This document shows positions 1-9,436 of a stretch of 64,000 nt of DNA, piece by piece. The notes under the pieces were generated by a model. It did not search any database, was not told the origin of the DNA, and saw only the letters and a list, made by a program, of their open reading frames with translations. Made by a program: the position numbers and the translations under genes. Numbering within the stretch: the stretch's first letter is position 1; every line of letters starts with the position of its first letter. The stretch is taken from IMG/VR virus record IMGVR_UViG_3300006754_000012, positions 7,110 through 71,109 of that record. The stretch is one strand, 5' to 3'. The stretch comes from a virus.

Positions 1-2280
1 CGCCTTGGTTGGTCACATAGTGATGATGCGAATGGTACTGCGGTAGGGGGGATAAACTCGTTCTATGCTAACAATAGAAGTTTGTTTCCAGATCAATATT
101 GGCAGCTATATAAAAGCACCCCAGACGTAAGGGCTTGTATTGATAGTATTGCTAGGCGCATCGCTACTTGGGATTGGTATGTAAAAGTAAACTCTGATCC
201 TAGAGATGAGATTGAGTACAGTAGGCTTAGTGAGCAGTCTGCGAAAGTAAGAAACTTCTTAGCCATGCCAAACACTGATGGAACTACATGGCAAGAAATG
301 ATGCAAGCAATGGTTACAGACCTATTGTTGTATGATGCAGGTGTGATTGAGCTTGTAAATGATGAGTCTGGCCGAATGTCGGAACTGCAAGTGTGGCTTG
401 GTAGCGAGTTCCTACCTGTAGTGGATGACCGTGGTCATTTGCTGTACTACGAGCAAGACCCAGGGGGTGCAACTGGTGAGTCAGTACAAATAGCACCAGA
501 AGACATTGCTTATTTTAAGATCTATTCAAACACTAGATCTGCACTTGGCTTGCCAATGATGGAAACAGTGATCAATGAGTGTGTGACAGTAGTATTGGCT
601 AGTGAGCACGCAATGTTGGCTTTAGATGCTGATGAGATACCTCCTGGGCTGCTTGTCTTAGGCGGTATTTCTGGGCCTGCTGCTGAGCGAGCAAGAACAG
701 ACCTAATGGCAATGAAAGGTAAGGATCACCGTATTCGTGTAGTTACAAGCCCTCAACCGTCTGGGATTGATGCGAAATGGTTAGAGCTTAGGCACACCCC
801 AAAAGACCTGGAGCTACTACAAGTAGTAGCGGAAATGCGCCGTTCAATTTGGCGGGTGTTTGGTGTTATGCCTGTTGAGCTTGGTGAGACAGCAGGCATC
901 CCAAGAGCCGCAGCAGAAATACAGATGGACGTATCTAGTAGTCATTTGATTTCGCCAATACTTGAGCTTATCCAAGCGCGACTAAACGCTCAAATAGTTC
1001 CTAAGCTTGTTGATGCAGATGATATTGGTAAACTTTCATTCACATTTGATCGTATTGCCCCCTCTACTGCGGAAGAGAAGCTATCTATGGCTAAGCGGGC
1101 TGAGAGCTTGATTAGGCAGGGGGTTCTTACTGTAAATGAAGCAAGGTCAGAAATGGGCTTTATGCCTATTGATGGTGGCGACGTTGCAATGGTGACAACG
1201 TCTTATGGCCCAATGCCGTTATCGCAAGTTGCTGCTGGGTATTCTCCTGCTGTAACAGTCCCAATGGGGGACGCTGCTTACGCATCGTTAGATGGGGGAG
1301 CTATAGCTACTGATGGTGGTGTAAGCACTGGCGGAACCCCTGATCCAGTATCAACTACCCCAGAAGAAACATTATCGGCTAAAAACCCAAAGATTAATCG
1401 CACCCAAACAGTGAAGGTTACGGGTTGGCGGGGGGCCATGCTTTCAGACCCAGGGCTACCGAGCCACTGGGCAGATCCAGAAGCGTTTAAGGGTGAAAGG
1501 ACGATTGATTTACGTAGCTTAGCGAACGTTGTTAGAGACTATACATTTGAAGTTGCTTCTTTATATGATGGCTTAGTAATTGAAGTTGGTGGCATTATCT
1601 CCTCCTCATATAGGGGCGGCGCTATTAGCGTTGAAACTTCTAACCAATCAAAGAAACGCCTTAGTGAAGCGTTTGATGCTTTTGTAGTTAGGTGGGAAAT
1701 GGCAACTACCCGCTACTATATCAATGCGGCAAGGCTCGGCTATGAAGCAGCCGTGGACTTTATGGAGAATGTGCCTGATATGTCCCCTGTGCAGGTAGCT
1801 CTTTCATACCAAAATAAAGCAATGCAATACTTGGTGGATTCAAGTGGGTTGGTTGGTACACTTAAACAGAAGATTGGGCGCATATTAGAGTCAGCTACTT
1901 TATCTCAACGTGACCGCGCAGATCAAGTAAGCCCAGAGGATTCGGCTGGGGAAGTGGTAGCCCAAGTAGATAAAGAGCTTGAGGCGCAAGCTTATAGGAT
2001 TAAGAATTGGAGCGGGAAGCTTGTTGCCTTGGCAAGCCTAGTCATGGTAAGCGCTCTCCGCAGTACAGTAACCATAGAAAACGGGAAGCCTGTTGTTTGG
2101 AAATATGATTGGAGGAGCCAGCCTGGTGATAATTGCGTCACTTGCACCACAGAAGGTTCGTCTGGCCCAAGATTATTAAGCGATATTTCTGCATACCCAG
2201 CATCAGATACTAAATGCGGCGCTAAGTGCCGATGTGTCCTTGTTATTTACAAATCTGACGAACTAACTGATGTTGAATAG
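1..2280 (+). CDS. Phage portal protein, 5'-truncated, with C-terminal MuF/head-morphogenesis-like Cys domain
   Basis: The frame is open from base 1, so the TTG at 82 is not the true start. Portal-like motifs: VRACIDSIARRIA, FGVMPVELG, GVLTVNEARSEMGFMPIDGGD. The C-terminus has CVTC...CGAKCRC. It is the first gene of the head module. Confidence 0.85.
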   Translation, partial: RLGWSHSDDANGTAVGGINSFYANNRSLFPDQYWQLYKSTPDVRACIDSIARRIATWDWYVKVNSDPRDEIEYSRLSEQSAKVRNFLAMPNTDGTTWQEMMQAMVTDLLLYDAGVIELVNDESGRMSELQVWLGSEFLPVVDDRGHLLYYEQDPGGATGESVQIAPEDIAYFKIYSNTRSALGLPMMETVINECVTVVLASEHAMLALDADEIPPGLLVLGGISGPAAERARTDLMAMKGKDHRIRVVTSPQPSGIDAKWLELRHTPKDLELLQVVAEMRRSIWRVFGVMPVELGETAGIPRAAAEIQMDVSSSHLISPILELIQARLNAQIVPKLVDADDIGKLSFTFDRIAPSTAEEKLSMAKRAESLIRQGVLTVNEARSEMGFMPIDGGDVAMVTTSYGPMPLSQVAAGYSPAVTVPMGDAAYASLDGGAIATDGGVSTGGTPDPVSTTPEETLSAKNPKINRTQTVKVTGWRGAMLSDPGLPSHWADPEAFKGERTIDLRSLANVVRDYTFEVASLYDGLVIEVGGIISSSYRGGAISVETSNQSKKRLSEAFDAFVVRWEMATTRYYINAARLGYEAAVDFMENVPDMSPVQVALSYQNKAMQYLVDSSGLVGTLKQKIGRILESATLSQRDRADQVSPEDSAGEVVAQVDKELEAQAYRIKNWSGKLVALASLVMVSALRSTVTIENGKPVVWKYDWRSQPGDNCVTCTTEGSSGPRLLSDISAYPASDTKCGAKCRCVLVIYKSDELTDVE

Positions 2281-2325
2281 TGTGAAATCCCGTATTATCG
2301 GCTAAGTAACGAATCACTGTTAGCC

Positions 2326-2354
2326 TTGTGTCGGTAGAACTAATATGATACATT
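2326..2354 (+). promoter_or_regulatory. Putative sigma70-type promoter upstream of the protease gene
   Basis: TTGTGT-17 nt-TACATT in the intergenic gap. Confidence 0.4.
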
Positions 2355-2394
2355 CAGTTCATTGACGCCAAACAAGGTGCAGTTTTACTCGGAA

Positions 2395-4581
2395 ATGGAT
2401 ATGAAACTGCGTATAGAATTACCAATTGGCGAAAAAAAGTACACACTGGACTTTGATAAAGACAGTGAGGAAGGTGGCTTATCCAAGTGGGTGGGGCGTT
2501 GCCGTATCCCGTGTACGGGTTCTCTCCCAATGCAGGTTCGTCGTGTAGAACTAGCAAGCGAAGGCGGGGAAGAATCCTCTACAACTTTTAGTGAAGAAGG
2601 TGACGGCTCAATTTTAATTGAAGGGGTTGCTAGCTCAACCAGTGTTGATTGGCATGGGACAGAGATGAGCCTGACAGCCTTACACGGAATGGCCCAACAA
2701 TTTAAGGCTGGAGTACCGTATGTCCCAGGCCATTATGAAGATGAATGGGATCAGGTGTTTGGTGTTACTGTTGATGCCTCAGTAGAACAAGGCCAAATAG
2801 CTAACGACGCCTTAGCTAAAGGTAATTCTGCTGGCTACCTACTCAAAGTTACTACCGCTTTATATAAAGAAGACAGCAGGGCTAAGCGGCTTTGCTCCTT
2901 ATTAAGCCAAGGCGCAACCGTTGGTTGTTCCATCGGCGGGTGGTTTACGGAAATGGAAGTAATCACTAATTCTGAAGACGAAGTTGACCGTGTAATTATT
3001 AACGGTGTGGAGCTTGATCATCTTGCTGTTACTCGCAGGCCAAGCAATCCAGATAGCTGGATTTCAGATGTGGCGAGGAGTGTGAGTGTGGCCGTAAAGG
3101 ATTCACGTTCAGTTTTAGATGCTCCTAACTATGAAGTTAGCAATGAAGTTACTAAACGCTGTGGTACTTGTAGACATTTCAGTGGAACAAATTGGTGCGG
3201 CGCACATGAGTTTACCGCTTCCCCAGATTATGTTTGTGAATCATTGAGCGTAGAGAGCGGCGAAGAAATTATTGCACCAGCCGATCAAAATGTTGATGTG
3301 GTTGTAGATGATGGGCCAGTAAATCCAGATGATCGCACTACCCTCCCACCCGAAGCAACAAGGGCAGCAACATCATTTGCTAATCTTCCGCTTGCACCAC
3401 CCGACGCCAAGTTCATCAAAAGCCCCTCTCAAATGGTAGAACTAAAAGATAACATATTGGGTACATTGTTCGGTGGTGATCCAGACTGGGATCGGTACCG
3501 TAAGGCTTTCCTTTGGTTTGATGAAGAGCGTCCAGAAGAAAAAGATTCATACAAATTAGCAGTCGCTAGGATGTATGATCCAGATGCGCCAGATAATGCC
3601 TCTTCACCTGACGGAACCTTGCATGTTTTTTATGATAAATTGCAAACCGTTGCTGAGAGGGTTGAATCGCAAAACCCTGGTATCCCAGAAGAAGATTTGG
3701 GTGAGGTAAAAGCTAACTTAGAAAGGTATATTGAAAAGTTTACTGCTGTAGAAGATGAAGATTTGCCGACAGGCGAAGACGAAGAAGCAGAGCTTTCTAT
3801 ACCCAGCCCGCAAGCAAGTACACGAGATGCTTGCGAAGAAGAAAATACGGTAGCCGATACAAATTCTTGCGATAGCGAGGATCTTGAAAAAGAGGCACCT
3901 GAGTTCACACCAGAAGAGGCCCGCAATAAAGAGGACACAGTTCCACTTGACAGCGGCGTTAATATGGGTGAAAAATCTTTCAGCGAAGACGCACACCGAG
4001 GCGCAGAAGTGAAAGTTGATACAGTCAAAAACCTAAAACAAGAGGAACGCGCCATGAGCGATGTAAAAATCGAAGAAACCGCGCCTGTCACTGAGAACCA
4101 CGAAGCGAACACGCTAGAGGCAATTGCCCGCAGCATGGACGCTATGCAAGGACTTCTCGGTAAGCTCGTAGAGCGGGACATGGCGCAGACTAAAGAACCC
4201 GTGCAGGAAACTGCACCTGAAACCAAAGAGGTTGATGGTAACGTAGAAGCAGAGCTTCGCGAGCGCCTTCAAGCTATGGAAGCTAAGATGGCACGGATGG
4301 CGGCTCGCCCTGTTCGTAACGGATTTGCCCATAGCCCGAACGATATGCGTTCTTGCCAGCCTGGTCGCTTGGGTGAGTTTGTTCGCGCAATGGAAGATGT
4401 GCAAGGTGGAGCAAGTGCTTTGGCTGCTGTTTGTAAAGAACAAGCCGAACGCCGCTCTATTGAAGGAATCGAAGAACTGCCGTCACGTGGCTCCCTTGAG
4501 AAAGACCTTCGGTCTGTACTTGAGGCTGCCTTTGTTGATGGTGTAATCACTGACCCTGACGCCCGTAACGGCTGGAGGTAG
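2395..4581 (+). CDS. Prohead (capsid maturation) protease fused to accessory domains and a C-terminal scaffold
   Basis: HK97-type protease motifs (IEGVASSTSVDWHG, GCSIGG, ELDHLAVTRRPSNPDS), an acidic linker and a coiled-coil C-terminus. It lies between portal and capsid genes. Start probably ATG 2395 or 2401 rather than TTG 2362. Confidence 0.8.
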   Translation: MDMKLRIELPIGEKKYTLDFDKDSEEGGLSKWVGRCRIPCTGSLPMQVRRVELASEGGEESSTTFSEEGDGSILIEGVASSTSVDWHGTEMSLTALHGMAQQFKAGVPYVPGHYEDEWDQVFGVTVDASVEQGQIANDALAKGNSAGYLLKVTTALYKEDSRAKRLCSLLSQGATVGCSIGGWFTEMEVITNSEDEVDRVIINGVELDHLAVTRRPSNPDSWISDVARSVSVAVKDSRSVLDAPNYEVSNEVTKRCGTCRHFSGTNWCGAHEFTASPDYVCESLSVESGEEIIAPADQNVDVVVDDGPVNPDDRTTLPPEATRAATSFANLPLAPPDAKFIKSPSQMVELKDNILGTLFGGDPDWDRYRKAFLWFDEERPEEKDSYKLAVARMYDPDAPDNASSPDGTLHVFYDKLQTVAERVESQNPGIPEEDLGEVKANLERYIEKFTAVEDEDLPTGEDEEAELSIPSPQASTRDACEEENTVADTNSCDSEDLEKEAPEFTPEEARNKEDTVPLDSGVNMGEKSFSEDAHRGAEVKVDTVKNLKQEERAMSDVKIEETAPVTENHEANTLEAIARSMDAMQGLLGKLVERDMAQTKEPVQETAPETKEVDGNVEAELRERLQAMEAKMARMAARPVRNGFAHSPNDMRSCQPGRLGEFVRAMEDVQGGASALAAVCKEQAERRSIEGIEELPSRGSLEKDLRSVLEAAFVDGVITDPDARNGWR

Positions 4582-4583
4582 AC

Positions 4584-5585
4584 ATGAGCGGTATTATTTC
4601 CCCACAATGGGCTAACTTAGACAACAATCGTCGTGAGGCTTTTCAGCGTGCAATCAATGTATCGACTGCTGGAACCACACTTATCCAGAACTATGTGAAT
4701 AAGATCATTCAGCAGCTTACTCTTCGTGAGTTTGGTGCCCTTGGTACTTTGCAACGTCGTCCTGGCCAAGGCTCGCAAGCAATCATCAATCGCCGAACTG
4801 GTTCTTTGATGACTTCTGCGAGTGTTTGGGTTGGTGATACGGCTACAGTAGCTGAATCTACTGGTACTTACACACAGGCCACATTCACGTACCAAACCCT
4901 TGTTACTCGCGGTAAAGTTACCCGCAAGATGCGTGCCCGTGGCCGCAGCTATGTGGATATCCTTGCAGAAGAGATGACTTGGAAGCTTGATGACTTCAAC
5001 AATAAGCTTGAGTCTGCACTTTTCATTGGAGACAGCGCCACTGTGACTACACAGATTGATGGTATGCTTTCTCTTGTCGGTGCAGTTTCTGGTCAGGTTG
5101 TGGCTAACACCACTGCTGCGGCAGGCGACAGCTTGACGCTTGCAAAGCTTGACTCTGCCATTGATAAGGTCAAGGGAAGTGGATCACGCGCCGATCTTGT
5201 TATTTATGCGTCTTACTCAGGAGCGCGTAAGCTTAATGCTGCGCTTTCTGCCCGTCAGCGCTTTGATGACATGGTTGATATTGCGGCTGGTTTCCGTGTC
5301 CGTTCATACGACGGTATCCCAATCGTAGTTTCTACGGGTGTGCCTGATGATATGACTTGGTCTGGTAGCGCTATTACGGCGTTTACTGGTGAAACCACAA
5401 ACCCAACTACAGCGCTTATTGTAATGAACAAGCGCTACAACTGGCTTGAGGAGCTTACCCCAACGACAATGATGCCATTGGCACGCGATGATTCTCAATT
5501 TGAGCAGTTCGATCTGTTCTGGGATGGAACGCTTGTTTTCGGAAACACCCTTGGTGGTGCTATCCTTGGCGGTATTGACGTATAG
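4584..5585 (+). CDS. Major capsid protein
   Basis: 333 aa, directly after protease/scaffold. HK97-fold-like segments (KLESALFIGD, QIDGM, YDGIPIV). Followed by a terminator. Confidence 0.85.
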   Translation: MSGIISPQWANLDNNRREAFQRAINVSTAGTTLIQNYVNKIIQQLTLREFGALGTLQRRPGQGSQAIINRRTGSLMTSASVWVGDTATVAESTGTYTQATFTYQTLVTRGKVTRKMRARGRSYVDILAEEMTWKLDDFNNKLESALFIGDSATVTTQIDGMLSLVGAVSGQVVANTTAAAGDSLTLAKLDSAIDKVKGSGSRADLVIYASYSGARKLNAALSARQRFDDMVDIAAGFRVRSYDGIPIVVSTGVPDDMTWSGSAITAFTGETTNPTTALIVMNKRYNWLEELTPTTMMPLARDDSQFEQFDLFWDGTLVFGNTLGGAILGGIDV

Positions 5586-5609
5586 TAAGCAGATTGTTTA
5601 CTACCATAT

Positions 5610-5650
5610 AGACCTGGCTAACTATTACGGTTGGCCAGGTCTTTGTGTTT
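5610..5650 (+). terminator. Intrinsic terminator after the capsid gene
   Basis: AGACCTGGCTAAC-loop-GTTGGCCAGGTCT followed by TTGTGTTT. Confidence 0.7.
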
Positions 5651-5689
5651 CTGATACAGTTAGATTACAATCAGCATTGGAGGTTAGAT

Positions 5690-6181
5690 ATGCCCGCTAT
5701 TACAACTACAGTCCCTAAAGAAGAATCCTACAATTACGTTGTTGGACGAACAGATATAAATACTGAATTACATGACGCACAGGCGTATGAATTCCATTCA
5801 TACACTGAAAACCAAGACAGCCGATTGATTGAGTTTGGCTCTACGATTTACCACATGCTTTTCTTGCGAACGAGAGAAGCCAAAGAACGCGCTTGCTGCA
5901 CTGGCTGGATGGATCTTACCCCACAGTGGAATGAGAAGTTAAATTCAATCCGCGTAGAGGCTACAACTGATAGTCAGCGCCAAATCTTGGCTGCGCTTGG
6001 AGATGGCGAGTGGCACAACAAGAAATTCATTACAAGCAATAGTACATTCAAAGATACTGAATGGAGAACTGCTATCAAAACATTGATGGATCGTAAATTA
6101 GTTGAATGCAACATTTACGGCATGATGAAAGGCCGCGCTTCTAATCGTGGGTACAAGTACAGACTAGTCGTTAACGACTAA
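5690..6181 (+). CDS. Hypothetical protein with C-terminal winged-helix-like domain
   Basis: GGAGG SD before ATG 5690. The C-terminus QRQILAAL...WRTAIKTLMDRKLV...RGYKYRL has a wHTH pattern. Confidence 0.55.
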   Translation: MPAITTTVPKEESYNYVVGRTDINTELHDAQAYEFHSYTENQDSRLIEFGSTIYHMLFLRTREAKERACCTGWMDLTPQWNEKLNSIRVEATTDSQRQILAALGDGEWHNKKFITSNSTFKDTEWRTAIKTLMDRKLVECNIYGMMKGRASNRGYKYRLVVND

Positions 6182-6192
6182 CAGGGGGATCA

Positions 6193-6759
6193 GTGGCAGA
6201 CTTAACAACAAGGGTAAATGTAAAGCGGTTACTGGGTGTTCCCAGTGCTGTGACCATGCACGATGGTCTTATAGATACTTTGCTAGAAGTTGCTGATGAA
6301 CAAATCATTGCCTATACAGGCATGGCTGCCCTGACCCAAACTACTGTTACAGAGAAGTACAATATTGATGGGTCTGCTGAAACCCAATTTACATTACGCA
6401 ATTTCCCTATTAGCGCCGTTGCGGCAGTAAAAAGCGCAGGGCAAACATTATCTACTGACAGTTGGTATTTTGAGCCGCGTAGTGGCTTATTGGCCCTATC
6501 AGATGCAAGCAGGTTCTTCGCATCAGGTAGACAAAACGTAGAAGTAACATATACTTATGGCTATAGTAGCGTACCAGCAGACCTGACTTATGCTGCATCT
6601 CTTATCTGTGCCTATCATTTTAATGTTGGCAGGCACGCAGGTATGAGAAGCGAATCTGGGGGTGGGTACTCTTACAGGGTTTCTGAAAACTACCTACCAG
6701 CAGCAGCAGAAGGTATTTTAGCTAAATACAAGAGAATTTTCCCAAAGGAGGGTAACTAA
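6193..6759 (+). CDS. Head-tail connector/adaptor (gp6/gp15-like)
   Basis: LTTRVNVKRLLG, VEVTYTYGYSSVPADL, ILAKYKR motifs; position after the capsid gene. Confidence 0.8.
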   Translation: MADLTTRVNVKRLLGVPSAVTMHDGLIDTLLEVADEQIIAYTGMAALTQTTVTEKYNIDGSAETQFTLRNFPISAVAAVKSAGQTLSTDSWYFEPRSGLLALSDASRFFASGRQNVEVTYTYGYSSVPADLTYAASLICAYHFNVGRHAGMRSESGGGYSYRVSENYLPAAAEGILAKYKRIFPKEGN

Positions 6760-7232
6760 TGCCTTTTTACGTAAGAAGAATTGAAGAAGGTGATCCTTCT
6801 GGCATTTTGAAAGTGTTTTTACCAACAGCAGTGCTTAAAGCTAAGCGAAACAACGGCCAATGGTATGTTGAAGCTAACTATAGTGGCGTAGTAAACGCAT
6901 TGCGTGATAATGGTTGGCGCAAAGCAAATGATAAGCGTCAAGCCCAACTGCAAGGCCCACAAAGCTCACCAAAGCCTAAGGCAGCAGCACCTAAAGCTAA
7001 GCCACCAGTGAAAAAGGCACAGCCTAAGCCTAAGCCTAAACCAAAAGCAAAGCCAAAGGCTGCCACACCACCTGTGGAATTAAGCCTGCTTGATAGTAGT
7101 GTTAAAGTGATTGAAAAATTGCTGCGTTCTGGCGATTACGATGCTTATTTGCAGCCACTTTTAGATGCAGAAAACGCTGGCAAAACTAGAAAAAGCGTTG
7201 TCACGCTGCTTGAAGACAGGTTGAGTAAGTAA
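6759..7232 (+). CDS. Hypothetical protein with Lys/Pro/Ala-rich linker and small C-terminal helical domain
   Basis: PKPKAAAPKAKP... linker; LLDAENAGKTRKSVV C-terminal motif; TAATG coupling on both sides. Confidence 0.6.
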   Translation: MPFYVRRIEEGDPSGILKVFLPTAVLKAKRNNGQWYVEANYSGVVNALRDNGWRKANDKRQAQLQGPQSSPKPKAAAPKAKPPVKKAQPKPKPKPKAKPKAATPPVELSLLDSSVKVIEKLLRSGDYDAYLQPLLDAENAGKTRKSVVTLLEDRLSK

Positions 7233-8254
7233 TGAACGTGTTGGTAACAGGAGGCTGTGGTTTTATTGGCCAGCATTTAGTTGAGCGTTTGGCCGCAAAC
7301 CCCTATGTCACATCTGTATGGGTCTTAGATATCTTAGATAAGACAGCTACAGGTAAGACTCGTATTTCAGAAATTTCAAAGCTGGTCATTGGCAATGTTT
7401 GTGACCCTGACTCTGTAAACACAGCTATCGTATCGGCATATTCAAACGGGACTCCGATTGATTTAGTTATGCACTTAGCAGCCCAATCACATGTGGACGA
7501 AAGCCTGAAAGACAGCTCAGGTACAATGTATGTGAACGCTGTTGGTACTCAGGTAATAGCGACAGCATGTTCTTATCACGAAATCCCAATGCTTTATTGT
7601 AGTACTGATGAAGTGTACGGCCCTTCAGCTATCACTGAGAATGGTGAAGTTGAAAAGAAAGGAGAAGGTGATGCCTTACTTCCAAGCAGCCCGTACAGCG
7701 CGGGGAAAGCGGCGGGCGAATTGTCGGTTCGCGCAGAAGGCAGAAGCTTTGGTTTGCAGTTTGCTATTACTAGGGGTTGTAATGCTTTCGGCCCAAATCA
7801 ATTCCCCGAAAAGTTAATCCCCATTGCTTGCCAAGCACTACAATCACACAGCAAAGTCCCACTGCATGGCGGTGGCAGCCAAATTAGGCAATGGGTTCAT
7901 GTTTCCGAGTTTGTAGAAACTTTAATGGCGGTTGGCTCTAAGCTTGTAGCTGGAACCTTAATTCACGACACTTACAACATCGCAGGCCCAACAAGCACAA
8001 CAGTAAGGGAGCTTGTAGAGGGTTTAGCTCTCGTATCAGATTACCCAGAAAGCATGGAGCCTGGTGAAACCGTTGGTGATCGACCAGGCCAAGATGAGGC
8101 TTATTACGTTTGCGGCGATAGGTTTTTTAATGAGTTTGGCTGGAGGCCAAAGCGATCTATTTTAGATGAATTCGAGCTTTCAGCGCTCTTGGATTCATAT
8201 AAGGATATAGAAAGCGTATATATCGCAAACTACACTGTTACACCTATAGCATAG
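7232..8254 (+). CDS. rmlB: dTDP-glucose 4,6-dehydratase
   Basis: GGCGFIG Rossmann motif, HLAAQSHVD, STDEVYG, PSSPYSAGK (YxxxK), GPNQFPEKLIP, DRPG. Confidence 0.9.
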   Translation: MNVLVTGGCGFIGQHLVERLAANPYVTSVWVLDILDKTATGKTRISEISKLVIGNVCDPDSVNTAIVSAYSNGTPIDLVMHLAAQSHVDESLKDSSGTMYVNAVGTQVIATACSYHEIPMLYCSTDEVYGPSAITENGEVEKKGEGDALLPSSPYSAGKAAGELSVRAEGRSFGLQFAITRGCNAFGPNQFPEKLIPIACQALQSHSKVPLHGGGSQIRQWVHVSEFVETLMAVGSKLVAGTLIHDTYNIAGPTSTTVRELVEGLALVSDYPESMEPGETVGDRPGQDEAYYVCGDRFFNEFGWRPKRSILDEFELSALLDSYKDIESVYIANYTVTPIA

Positions 8255-8262
8255 GAGAAGAC

Positions 8263-8814
8263 ATGCTTTTTTATAGAGGAAATGAATACATTGGGGTTAT
8301 CCCTGCGGGGGTGGAATTAAAAGGCCGCCTTGCAGATGGTTTGAGTATGGCAAATTGTGTAGTCAGTTTTGATGATCATAAAAAAGCTGTTTGTGTTGGG
8401 AAAATGGGTTTGCTCGAAGAAGGTAAATCCTCGTTTTATAGCGGGGAAAAATTCTTAGTGGTTTGGGGTGATAACGATAAGCAAATGGCAGAACATCTTT
8501 CTAACCGACCTAGGCGCTGCATTGTTTATGTTGGTAGTAAGCCCGCTGGGGCCACATCTGAAGCGATGCTTAAGCTTTATGATAAAGATCCATCCCATAC
8601 TGTTTACCGTTTCGATAATCCAAGCAAAGCAGTACGGGTTGTTGTCTTGTCAGATGAAGATCCAGTTGCCCAAACATACGACGGATCTAAATGGGTAGGC
8701 TTAGTAGATAGTAAGCCAAAACCTAAAGTTGTAGCCCCAAAACCCGCCACCCCAAAGGCAACCGACGTAAAGAAAGAAGAAAAGACAAAGAAAGTCGAAA
8801 AAAAAGAAAAGTGA
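8263..8814 (+). CDS. Hypothetical protein with Lys/Glu-rich tail
   Basis: AGGAG SD, 183-aa ORF, overlaps the next gene (GTGA). Confidence 0.6.
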   Translation: MLFYRGNEYIGVIPAGVELKGRLADGLSMANCVVSFDDHKKAVCVGKMGLLEEGKSSFYSGEKFLVVWGDNDKQMAEHLSNRPRRCIVYVGSKPAGATSEAMLKLYDKDPSHTVYRFDNPSKAVRVVVLSDEDPVAQTYDGSKWVGLVDSKPKPKVVAPKPATPKATDVKKEEKTKKVEKKEK

Positions 8815-9434
8815 GACTAGATACTGCAAAGGAAGTGATTGATACTTTGTCTAAGTATGACAAGGTTATCGTTAGCGGTTGCCAAAGATCAGGTACAACC
8901 ATTTGTTCACAGATGTTATCTATGGACTTAGGCTGTACGTGGATTGATGAAACTGATGTCGCTAATGATTGGCGGGAGGTTTCACGCCTTTTGTTAGGCG
9001 GCGGTACATTCGTACTTCAAGCGCCAGCCTTGTCTTCGAAAATGGATCTTATACCTGAAGATCCAAAATGCGCTATTGTTTGGATGAGAAGACCAAAACA
9101 AGAAGTTGTTCGCAGCATGGCTAGGATAAAGTGGAATGTGCATGAGAGACAAGAGAAGTCTTCTTACATTGCAAGGTGGGGGTACCATGATGGGCAACAT
9201 ATTTGGGATATTAAGAAAGATGCTTGGGAAACAAAACAAAAACCAGCCCTAAGTGTTGATTGGTATGAGATTGGGTACCATTCTGAATATGTAGAGGGCC
9301 ACTTTCTTTTTAAAACAAAATCTTCTAGGGTGGGGCACCTTTGGCAAAATCCAAAGTTTACTAGCCACACAAAGCTCTTAATAGAAGAAGATCCAATGAC
9401 GGCTAGTATACGCCGCCACCACAAAAGGGGGTAA
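8811..9434 (+). CDS. Sulfotransferase-like P-loop protein
   Basis: VIVSGCQRSGTT resembles the 5'-PSB loop (GxxRSGTT); IVWMRRPKQEVVRSM resembles the 3'-PB motif (R...S). Confidence 0.7.
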   Translation: MRLDTAKEVIDTLSKYDKVIVSGCQRSGTTICSQMLSMDLGCTWIDETDVANDWREVSRLLLGGGTFVLQAPALSSKMDLIPEDPKCAIVWMRRPKQEVVRSMARIKWNVHERQEKSSYIARWGYHDGQHIWDIKKDAWETKQKPALSVDWYEIGYHSEYVEGHFLFKTKSSRVGHLWQNPKFTSHTKLLIEEDPMTASIRRHHKRG

Positions 9435-9436
9435 CC

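Noticed and set aside
82-84. TTG start of the portal ORF in the supplied track
   Set aside because: The frame is open back to base 1 and there is no SD, so the gene starts upstream of the window.
3630-4226. 198-aa minus-strand ORF (likewise 20300-20902, 53505-54098 and many shorter ones)
   Set aside because: These are Ser-rich or hydrophobic antisense shadows of well-supported + strand genes.
6961-7060. AAGCCT tandem repeats as a regulatory repeat
   Set aside because: They are explained by the Lys-Pro linker codons.
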